Below are positions 17,655 to 24,804 of a stretch of DNA of 64,000 bases, piece after piece. Location: contig CAVTKV010000015.1 of the NCBI GenBank assembly GCA_963735395.1, positions 2,858 through 66,857 on the forward strand. Reading direction: 5' to 3'. Under the pieces are notes generated by a model. The model worked only from the letters and a program-made list of their open reading frames with translations. It was not told where the DNA came from and did not search any database. The stretch comes from an uncultured Acidimicrobiales bacterium (lineage in GTDB: Bacteria; Actinomycetota; Acidimicrobiia; Acidimicrobiales; VFJN01). The translations under genes were made by a program, and so were the position numbers. Every line of letters begins with the position of its first letter. Position 1 is the first letter of the stretch.

Positions 17655-18794
17655 ATGGCGACCAATGAGGACATGATCGGCCGCCAGGACGTCGACGACC
17701 TCGAGGCGATCCTGACCATCGCCAACACCGATGTCGACGAGGCGATCCACGCCGTCACCGACAACGCCGACGCCATCTTCACCTGGGACTACGAGAAGGG
17801 CGCCCGGCCCGCGCTCAACAAGCTCTACGAAAAGGCCAAGCACTCGCAGTGGAACGGTGAGACCGACCTGCCGTGGGACACCGAGGTCGACGTCGAGAAG
17901 CTGGCCACCGAGATGGGCGGCAACCCGCAGATCCAGCGCTTCCGCGAGGCCGCCAACACGCCCGGCTCGCCGTTCGAGAAGTTCAGCGAGCGCGAGTGGA
18001 CCGATCTCATCATCGAGGGCCAGAACTGGCGGCTCAGCCAGTTCATGCACGGCGAGCAGGGTGCGCTGTTGTGCACGGCCAAGATCGTCGAGACGGTGCC
18101 GTGGATCGACGCCAAGTACTACGCGTCGACCCAGGTCATGGACGAGGCCCGCCATGTGGAGGTGTTCGCCAAGTACCTCGACACCAAGCTGACCGGGCAC
18201 TACCCGATCAACGCCCACCTGAAGATGCTGCTCGACGACATCATCGCCGACAGCCGCTGGGACATGACCTACCTGGGCATGCAGATCATGGTCGAGGGCC
18301 TGGCGCTCGCCGCCTTCGGTTTCATGCACATGCTCACCCAGGATCCGCTGCTCAAGCAGCTCCTGCGCTACGTCATGAGCGACGAGGCCCGCCACGTGGC
18401 CTTCGGCGTGCTGTCGCTGAAGGAGTACTACGGCGACCTGTCCGACGCCGAGATGCGCGAGCGCCAGGAGTTCGCCTTCGAGGCGGCGGTGCGCATGCGC
18501 GACCGCTTCCTGCAGCAAGAGGTGTGGGACCGCATGGGCATCGACTCGCGCCCCGTCATCCGGTCCCTGCTCGACATCCCGCCCGAAGAGAACGTCTTCC
18601 AGCAGATGCTGTTCAGCAAGATCGTGCCGAACTGCAAGAAGCTCGGCCTGCTCGACGCCTCGGACGGCTGGCTCCGCCGACGGTTCGAGGAGCTCGGCGT
18701 GATCCAGTTCGAGGACTGGGCCGACACCGGCGAGGAGTACGCCGAGCTGGACGAGGTCGCCAAGGACCGCGCCGCCGCGGCGGCCGCCCGGTAG
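17655..18794 (+). CDS. Ferritin-like diiron protein (AurF/R2-like diiron oxygenase fold)
   Basis: 379-aa ORF. ATG 17655 follows CAGGAGG. Two ExxH motifs (MDEARHVEVF and SDEARHVAFG) plus FMHGEQGAL and MVEGLAL. Confidence 0.75.
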   Translation: MATNEDMIGRQDVDDLEAILTIANTDVDEAIHAVTDNADAIFTWDYEKGARPALNKLYEKAKHSQWNGETDLPWDTEVDVEKLATEMGGNPQIQRFREAANTPGSPFEKFSEREWTDLIIEGQNWRLSQFMHGEQGALLCTAKIVETVPWIDAKYYASTQVMDEARHVEVFAKYLDTKLTGHYPINAHLKMLLDDIIADSRWDMTYLGMQIMVEGLALAAFGFMHMLTQDPLLKQLLRYVMSDEARHVAFGVLSLKEYYGDLSDAEMRERQEFAFEAAVRMRDRFLQQEVWDRMGIDSRPVIRSLLDIPPEENVFQQMLFSKIVPNCKKLGLLDASDGWLRRRFEELGVIQFEDWADTGEEYAELDEVAKDRAAAAAAR

Positions 18795-18840
18795 TCCCTC
18801 CACCGCGGCCGGATGCCGGCGCGGGAACCGGCCTGCAACG

Positions 18841-19788
18841 TCAGCCCGCTGTCGTCACGTGCGCCGGCGGCTGGTGCGAGGCGACGGTTGCCCTGAGGGC
18901 CTCGTCGAGGGGCGTGGCGTGGTCGCCCAGGACGGCGGCATAGGCCGAGTGGTCGACCACCCAGTCGTCGGTGAACTCGTAGAGCATCTCCACCACCTCC
19001 CTCACCGGGGGCACGACGGTGCCGACGAGCCGGAGCTGCCAGCGGGCGGACGGGCGCAGCCGGAGCGGGCGGCCGGCGAGGGCGGCGGCGCGCTCGGCGA
19101 AGGCCCGGGAGGTGACGGTGGGTGCATTGGGCACGTGCCAGGCGCGACCCCAGGTGTCGGGGGTCTCGGACAGGCGCACCATGGCCTCGCCGAAGTCGGA
19201 GACGTAGGTGTACGTGTGGAGCCGGTCGGGGTCGCCGAGGACCCGGACGGTCTTGCCGTTGGCGAGCGGTCCGAAGAAGCGATCGCCGACGGCGGACGCG
19301 TCGACGCCGGGCCCGAAGAAGTCCGACGCCCGTGCGGCGACGACCCGCAGCCGGCCGTCGATGTGTGCGGCCTTGAGGTCGTTCCAGAGCCGGGCGCGCA
19401 CGGCCCCCTTGCGGGTGGTGGCGGTCAGCGGCAGGTCCTCGGTGATGGGACCAGCGACGGGGCCGTAGCCGTAGAGGTTCTCGGCCACGACGAGGAGTGC
19501 GCCGGCCGACTCGGCGGCGTCCATCGCCCGAGCCTGCAGCGCCGGGAACTCCTCGGGCCAGCGGTGGTACGGGGGCTGGGCGCACTGGAACACGATCTCG
19601 GCACCGGCGACTGCGGTGGCGGCCTGGTCGGTGTCAGCGAGGTCGGCCGGCCGGGTGATCGCACCGGGAACGGTGGCCCCCGAGCGGGTGACGACGGCGG
19701 GCTCGATGCCCCTGGCGACGAGGGCGGCGACGACGGCGCGACCGACGGGGCCGGCTCCGAGGACGACGTGGGTGGTGGACATGGTCAT
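18841..19788 (-). CDS. NAD(P)-binding SDR/NmrA-like epimerase-dehydratase family protein
   Basis: Last 315 aa of ORF 18841..21117. MTMSTTHVVLGAGPVGRAVVAALVARG is a Rossmann GxGxxG motif. Confidence 0.8.
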   Translation of the reverse strand: MTMSTTHVVLGAGPVGRAVVAALVARGIEPAVVTRSGATVPGAITRPADLADTDQAATAVAGAEIVFQCAQPPYHRWPEEFPALQARAMDAAESAGALLVVAENLYGYGPVAGPITEDLPLTATTRKGAVRARLWNDLKAAHIDGRLRVVAARASDFFGPGVDASAVGDRFFGPLANGKTVRVLGDPDRLHTYTYVSDFGEAMVRLSETPDTWGRAWHVPNAPTVTSRAFAERAAALAGRPLRLRPSARWQLRLVGTVVPPVREVVEMLYEFTDDWVVDHSAYAAVLGDHATPLDEALRATVASHQPPAHVTTAG

Positions 19789-19859
19789 TGCTCCGTGCGT
19801 TGCGGTGGTGGGTCTGGGAACAACGATCCGAACAGTGTCGGCGTTGCGTCCATCTTCAG

Positions 19860-19872
19860 CGAACAGCGTTCG
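19860..19872. promoter_or_regulatory. Palindrome CGAACAGCGTTCG, candidate TetR operator
   Basis: Perfect 5-3-5 palindrome in the 117-bp divergent region between the SDR and TetR genes. Further GAACA half-sites lie nearby. Confidence 0.4.
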
Positions 19873-19905
19873 GAAAGCAAGCATCGTTCGAGTAGTGTTC
19901 GTCAC

Positions 19906-20607
19906 ATGCACTCCAACGCGAGTCCCGATGCGTCCGAGGGACGGCGTGCCCGCCAGCGCCGCCAACTCCTGGCCGATATCGAGACCGAGGCCCGCCGGCT
20001 GCTGGAGGAGGGCGGGGCCGGCAACGTGTCGATGCGGGCCATCGCTCGGGCCGTGGGCATGGGCCCCGCGTCGCTCTACACCTACTTCGGCAGCCTCGAC
20101 GACGTCTTCACGACGCTGCTGCTGTCGAGCTACAAGAGCCTGGCAACCGCCACCGCCGCCGCGGCTGCCGCCTTCGCGGCTGACCCGCCGGCCGACCGGG
20201 CCTTCGCCGGCATCCTTGCCCATCGCCACTGGGCGCTGGCCCACCGCAACGAGTTCAACCTTCTCTTCACCGATCAACTCCCCGGCTACGCGGCCCCGCC
20301 CGGCGGACCGACCGTTGCCGCCCAGGTCGAGGTCTTCCAGCCGCTCGTCGACGCTCTCCGCGAGCTCGCCCCGGGCGATCCCGACCTGACCCTGGACGAG
20401 ACGGCCGCCATCGTCTGGACTTCGTTCCACGGCGCCGTCACCCTCGAGATCAACCACCACCTCGACTGGCTCGGAGACACGGCGGCCCTCCACGAGAAGA
20501 CCGTGAGGCGAGCCTTGGCGAGCGTCGGCATCCCCGAGCCGAGCACCACCTTCCGCAGCCGCTTCGAGAGCTGGGTGGCGTCGCCCGGGTCTACCGTGAT
20601 GCCGTGA
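19906..20607 (+). CDS. TetR-family transcriptional regulator
   Basis: In frame within ORF 18859..20607, from ATG 19906. Contains RRLLEEGGAGNVSMRAIARAVGMGPASLYTYFGSLDDVF and a WHG-like C-domain (WTSFHGAVTLE). Confidence 0.85.
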   Translation: MHSNASPDASEGRRARQRRQLLADIETEARRLLEEGGAGNVSMRAIARAVGMGPASLYTYFGSLDDVFTTLLLSSYKSLATATAAAAAAFAADPPADRAFAGILAHRHWALAHRNEFNLLFTDQLPGYAAPPGGPTVAAQVEVFQPLVDALRELAPGDPDLTLDETAAIVWTSFHGAVTLEINHHLDWLGDTAALHEKTVRRALASVGIPEPSTTFRSRFESWVASPGSTVMP

Positions 20608-20807
20608 AGATCCTGCAGATCGCACCCGCCCTGCACGGCGCCAAGATGCAGACGTCGCAGGGAACGTTCCCCGTCGTGGTCTGGGCCCTCGTCGAGAACG
20701 ACGACGGCAGCGACGTCGTGGTCGGCCTCGCGGTCGGCGGTCAGGGCGACCGTACGCTCCTCGGCCCCGATCCCGACACCTTCGAGTCCTACAGCCAGAC
20801 CGGCTGA
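20604..20807 (+). CDS. Small hypothetical protein (67 aa)
   Basis: ORF whose GTG overlaps the TetR stop (GTGA). Acidic, protein-like composition (VVWALVENDDGSDVVVGLAVGGQGDRTLLGPDPDTFESY). Confidence 0.45.
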   Translation: MKILQIAPALHGAKMQTSQGTFPVVVWALVENDDGSDVVVGLAVGGQGDRTLLGPDPDTFESYSQTG

Positions 20808-20869
20808 GCGATGTCGTCGGCGGTCGGGTGCCGCCGACGAGCCGCGGGCAGCTCCGCCGTGACGACAGG

Positions 20870-21199
20870 TCAGCCTCCGCTGGTGCTCCCAGCGCGGCCG
20901 GCCCTCGTGCGGTGTTCGTCGGTGCCGACGAGCAGATCCAGCATCTCGCCGATGGTTCGCTCCGCGCCGATCGGGTCGCGGATCGGCAGGTCCTCCTGGA
21001 TCCGGTACCGGTTGCGGCGGCCATCTCGCTCTTTGACCACGTACCCGGCGTCCACCAGGTCGGTGACGATCGTGTGGGCGCTGCGTTCGGTGACACCCAC
21101 CATCGCGGCGATGTCACGAAGGCGCGCGCCGGGGTCGTCGGCGATGCAGAGCAGCGTCAAGGCGTGATTGGTGAGGAAGCTCCAACTGCCCATGAACAC
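20870..21199 (-). CDS. Winged-helix (ArsR/MarR-like) transcriptional regulator
   Basis: 109-aa ORF with LLCIADDPGARLRDIAAMVGVTERSAHTIVTDLVDAGYVVKERDGRRNRYRI. Confidence 0.75.
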   Translation of the reverse strand: MFMGSWSFLTNHALTLLCIADDPGARLRDIAAMVGVTERSAHTIVTDLVDAGYVVKERDGRRNRYRIQEDLPIRDPIGAERTIGEMLDLLVGTDEHRTRAGRAGSTSGG

Positions 21200-21200
21200 A

Positions 21201-21260
21201 CCGTAACATCAATTCTAGAAATACATTGCCTGTTTACTGGTTCAGGTGTACCGTGCCGCA
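21201..21260. promoter_or_regulatory. Strongly AT-enriched divergent promoter region with a TTCTAGAA palindrome
   Basis: I counted 38 percent GC for 21201-21250, against a background of roughly 70 percent. The palindrome TTCTAGAA is at 21213-21220. Confidence 0.45.
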
Positions 21261-21316
21261 AGCGCTGGACCTGGTTGTCCGCAGCCAGCTCCCAGCCGCA
21301 CCGAAGGGAACTCACC

Positions 21317-21397
21317 ATGGAAATTCTCCTGGCGATCATCGCCGTCGTCATAGCCGGGCTCGTCTATCGCAACTGGCGGGCACGAAGCGCTCACTGA
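21317..21397 (+). CDS. Possible 26-aa hydrophobic peptide
   Basis: MEILLAIIAVVIAGLVYRNWRARSAH. The ATG lies 7 nt after AAGGGA, downstream of the AT-rich promoter. Too short to be confident. Confidence 0.3.
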   Translation: MEILLAIIAVVIAGLVYRNWRARSAH

Positions 21398-21513
21398 CCC
21401 CAGCTCCCAAGGCTCGCTACCGACTTGGTGGGAGTGCTCGCATGCTTGGCTGGACGTGACCGTCCTCCACCGAGCACGGCGCCTCCACTGAGCTCAAAAC
21501 CAGCGGAGGTGTC

Positions 21514-21780
21514 ATGCTCGAAGACCCACTCCTTCGCCCGTTGGTCGATGCCGTCGGACGAACTCCTGTCGAGTCAGACCTTCCGTCCCGTCCTGTCGAC
21601 GCGGAGGTCTTACTCCGGCAGTGCGGCCGGTGCCGAGCCATGTTCGAGGGTGACCCCACCCTGTACCCGCTGGCCAGGCCGGACTGGTGGGTATGCCCTC
21701 CGTGTCGGGTCGCACTGTTCGGGCGCCACGCCGGCTCGAACGGTGGCGCCCGGCCGCGCCACACCGGCGACGGGCCGTGA
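21514..21780 (+). CDS. Small zinc-ribbon-like protein (CxxC..CxxC)
   Basis: 88-aa ORF. The ATG lies 4 nt after GGAGG. Contains CGRC...CPPC. Confidence 0.5.
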   Translation: MLEDPLLRPLVDAVGRTPVESDLPSRPVDAEVLLRQCGRCRAMFEGDPTLYPLARPDWWVCPPCRVALFGRHAGSNGGARPRHTGDGP

Positions 21781-22130
21781 GGACCCAGGGGCCGGAGCTG
21801 GTCGGCGAAGCCCCGCGCGCCCGTGCCGGAACGACGCGGACGACGACGCCCAGCCCCGCGCCGGTGGACCTCGTCCGACGCGTATGGTTGCGAAGCCGCG
21901 AGTTGGCGACCACGGGTGAGCAGTTCGACGTGTCCGACCAGGCCCTGCTGGTGGTGCGCACGGCTCGCCACGATCCCGACGCCCTGACCCGTGCGCTGGG
22001 CCTCGGACGCTCGCAAGCGCGTCATCCCTCCAGCGACGAGGCGACCTGTCGCGGCATCCGGATCCTGGAGAGAGCCCTCGCCGAGATGGGCCACCAGGCC
22101 GTGCACCATCCCCCAGGGTGCGACCCGTAG
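21777..22130 (+). CDS. Hypothetical protein, translationally coupled to the zinc-ribbon ORF
   Basis: Its GTG 21777 overlaps the upstream TGA (GTGA). Part of ORF 21687..22130, with high third-position GC. No family recognised. Confidence 0.35.
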   Translation: MRTQGPELVGEAPRARAGTTRTTTPSPAPVDLVRRVWLRSRELATTGEQFDVSDQALLVVRTARHDPDALTRALGLGRSQARHPSSDEATCRGIRILERALAEMGHQAVHHPPGCDP

Positions 22131-22139
22131 GCTCCGCCG

Positions 22140-22910
22140 ATGATCGAGCTGCCGGTCGCCGATCCCTGGTTCGTCCGTGATCGGGTCGACGATTCGATCA
22201 CACTCGTCACCGAGCCGCACGTCCACCCGCTGCTGCGCTGCAACGTGTGGCACGTGCGCGGGCGAGACCGCGACGTCGTGATCGACACCGCGCTCGGGTT
22301 GGCGCCGCTCCGCCACCTGGTCGAACGCGAGCTCGACGGCCCGCTGCTCGCCGTGGCGACCCATGCCCACGGCGACCACGTCGGCGGCCTCCACGAGTTC
22401 GACCAGCGGGCGATCCACCGGGCCGAGGCCGAGCAGGTCGACGGAGCGGTGAGCACCACACTGGACGCCACGCGGTTCTCGGGGTCGGTCACCGGTCCGT
22501 ACCTGGCTGCCGGATACGACATCCCCGACCTGCTGGTCGACGCAGTGCCACCGGGAGCGGCCATCTCGGCGACGGTGGACGTGGCCCCGGCGCCGGCGAC
22601 GCTGGTGCTCGACGAGGGTGACGTGGTCGACCTCGGTGATCGTGCGTTCGAGGTGCTCCACCTGCCCGGCCATTCGCCGGGGAGCATCGGGCTGTGGGAC
22701 GCCGCCTCTGGCGCCCTGTTCTCGGGCGACGCCGTGTACGACGGCCCCCTGCTCGACGAGCTCGACGGCTCGGACATCGATGCGTACGTGGCCACCATGC
22801 GCCGCCTGCGCGACCTGCCGGTGACCGTGGTGCACGGCGGACACGAGCCCAGCTTCGGCCGCGATCGCCTGGTCGAGATCTGCGACACGTACCTCGCGCG
22901 CCACACCTGA
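22140..22910 (+). CDS. MBL-fold metallo-hydrolase
   Basis: 256-aa ORF with ATHAHGDHVGG (HxHxDH) and LHLPGHSPGS. Confidence 0.85.
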   Translation: MIELPVADPWFVRDRVDDSITLVTEPHVHPLLRCNVWHVRGRDRDVVIDTALGLAPLRHLVERELDGPLLAVATHAHGDHVGGLHEFDQRAIHRAEAEQVDGAVSTTLDATRFSGSVTGPYLAAGYDIPDLLVDAVPPGAAISATVDVAPAPATLVLDEGDVVDLGDRAFEVLHLPGHSPGSIGLWDAASGALFSGDAVYDGPLLDELDGSDIDAYVATMRRLRDLPVTVVHGGHEPSFGRDRLVEICDTYLARHT

Positions 22911-22917
22911 CCTGTGG

Positions 22918-23415
22918 CTATGGCAGCTGCCGGCGGATGTCGAGCAGGTGGTGCCGCATCTCGTGCACCGTGTGGACGGCCACCCAACGCAGCGACCGCT
23001 CGGATCGTTCCGGGTAGTTGTACATGACCGTGCGGTCCCAATCGTCGGGACCGAGGCGGGTGAGCACGTTGGCGAAGAGCTGCGCAGCGTCACCGAGCTG
23101 GCGGCCGACATCGTCGGGGTGCTGTTCGGCATAGCCGTCGTGTTCGACCCGCTCGTCCCGGCCCATCGGGTCGAACGACGGCCGGTCGCGGCGCCGAGCG
23201 GCGAGCACGCGCTCGCGTTGCACGAGCAGGACATCGCGCAGGTGACACGCGTACTCGAGCGGGGACCATGTCTGCGGCTGCCGCCGGGTGCTCAGATGAG
23301 CGCCGGCCCCGTTCATCAGGTCCGCCGCCTGAGCGGCTTCCCCGAGGATCGTCGCCCCGGCCTGGTGTGCCTGGGACAGGTCGTACTCGAAGCCGCACTC
23401 GTCGCAGCGATGCAC
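22918..23415 (-). CDS. DinB-family (DinB_2/mycothiol-transferase-like) protein with an N-terminal Cys pair
   Basis: 165-aa ORF with MHRCDECGFEY, WSPLEYACHLRDV and HTVHEMRHHLLDI. Confidence 0.7.
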   Translation of the reverse strand: MHRCDECGFEYDLSQAHQAGATILGEAAQAADLMNGAGAHLSTRRQPQTWSPLEYACHLRDVLLVQRERVLAARRRDRPSFDPMGRDERVEHDGYAEQHPDDVGRQLGDAAQLFANVLTRLGPDDWDRTVMYNYPERSERSLRWVAVHTVHEMRHHLLDIRRQLP

Positions 23416-23463
23416 GCCCGCACGTTAGGGCGACGGCCCTGCGGTGCCGCGACCGAACGGGGA

Positions 23464-24021
23464 TCAGGTTGCGGCGTGGGCGCGGGCCAGCGCGTGCTCG
23501 ACGAGCGCGACCAGCACCTGGATCACGGTGTCGCCCCGGCGGGCGTCGCAGACCACGAGCGGCACGTCGAAGGCCAGCGCCAGCGCCTCGCGCAGCACCG
23601 GTACGGGGTGCCGTGCGGCGCCGTCGAACTCGTTGACGGCCACCACGAACGGGATGCCCCGATCCTCGAAGAAGTCGATGGCGGGAAAGGCGTCGGCCGG
23701 CCGGCGCGTGTCGATGAGGACCACGGCGCCCACGGCGCCGCGGGCCAGGTCGTCCCACATGAACCAGAAGCGGTCCTGGCCCGGCGTGCCGAACAGGTAG
23801 AGGATCAGCTCGTCGTCGATGGTGCGGCGGGCGAAGTCCATGGCGACGGTGGTGGTCGACTTGCCAGACACGATCGAGGTGTCGTCGAGGCCCACCGAGA
23901 GCTGTGTCATCGGCGCCTCGGTGGTGAGCGGGGTGATCTCCGACACCGCGCCCACGAAGGTCGTCTTGCCCACCCCGAAGCCGCCGGCGATCACGATCTT
24001 GACCGAGATCGGGTCGTTCAC
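23464..24021 (-). CDS. cvnD: Conservon small GTPase (CvnD-type ATP/GTP-binding protein)
   Basis: 185-aa ORF with P-loop GGFGVGKTTF, switch II GTPGQDRF and VAVNEFD (NKxD-like). Confidence 0.9.
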   Translation of the reverse strand: MNDPISVKIVIAGGFGVGKTTFVGAVSEITPLTTEAPMTQLSVGLDDTSIVSGKSTTTVAMDFARRTIDDELILYLFGTPGQDRFWFMWDDLARGAVGAVVLIDTRRPADAFPAIDFFEDRGIPFVVAVNEFDGAARHPVPVLREALALAFDVPLVVCDARRGDTVIQVLVALVEHALARAHAAT

Positions 24022-24022
24022 G

Positions 24023-24385
24023 TCAGCGACTCCTCAGGCCGCTCAGCAGGCGTTCGAGGACGTCGGTCCTCGGGCGCCCGTCGGTGGTCGAGGACCCCCG
24101 GTGGACCGTCAGCATGTGGTCGGCGTGCAGGTCGGACACGAGCACGCGGGCGACGCCCAGGGGGATGCGCAGGTTGGCCGCCACTTCGGCGACCGAGACC
24201 GGGCGCCGGCAGAGCTCGATGATGCGAGCGTGCTCGAACCGCAGGCGCGGGAACGACTCCATCCCCAGACGGGTGGTCGTGACCAGGGTCTCGAGGTGCA
24301 GGTCGCTGCCGCGTGACCGGGTGCGACCGCCGGTGAGGGCGTAGACGGGGACGACCCGTGGATCTGCGTCATCATCGGGTGTCAT
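24023..24385 (-). CDS. cvnC: Conservon DUF742 protein (CvnC-type)
   Basis: 120-aa ORF with VVPVYALTGGRTRS and SVAEVAANLRIPLGVARVLVSDL. Confidence 0.85.
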   Translation of the reverse strand: MTPDDDADPRVVPVYALTGGRTRSRGSDLHLETLVTTTRLGMESFPRLRFEHARIIELCRRPVSVAEVAANLRIPLGVARVLVSDLHADHMLTVHRGSSTTDGRPRTDVLERLLSGLRSR

Positions 24386-24804
24386 AGCACCGGTCGGGCT
24401 GACAGCTCCGCACGCAGCGCCGGCGTGAGGACCTGCCCGATGCGCGAGACGAGCATGCTCATCTCGTAGCCGATCAGGCCGATGTCGGCGTCTTGGCCGG
24501 ACATGACGGCGAGGGCCGACCCCTCGCTGATGGTGGTCACGAACAGGAAGCCGCCGTCCATCTCGACGATCACCTGGTTGACGTTGCCGGCGCCCATGTG
24601 GCGGGCGGCCCCGGCGGTCAGGCTGGCGAGCCCCGACGTGACGGCAGCCAGCGTGTCGGCGGTGTCGCGGGGGAGGTGCTCCGACAACGCCAGCACCAGC
24701 CCGTCGGTCGACAGCACGACGACGCTCGTGACGCCGTGTATGCGGCGGGCGAAGCTGGTGACGAGCCAGTCGAGGTCACGTTCGTCGGGAGGGACATTGG
24801 TCAC
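24382..24804 (-). CDS. cvnB: Conservon roadblock/LC7-domain protein (CvnB-type)
   Basis: GTG 24804 lies 5 nt after AGGAG. Contains LDWLVTSFARRIHGVTSVVVLSTDGL..ADTLAAVTSGLASL. The stop overlaps the cvnC ATG (ATGA). Confidence 0.85.
   Translation of the reverse strand: MTNVPPDERDLDWLVTSFARRIHGVTSVVVLSTDGLVLALSEHLPRDTADTLAAVTSGLASLTAGAARHMGAGNVNQVIVEMDGGFLFVTTISEGSALAVMSGQDADIGLIGYEMSMLVSRIGQVLTPALRAELSARPVL

Noticed and set aside
18841-21117. 758-aa minus-strand ORF read as a single protein
   Set aside because: Only the last 315 aa (the SDR) are protein-like. The upstream part is antisense to the TetR gene and the small ORF, and it crosses a clear divergent promoter region.
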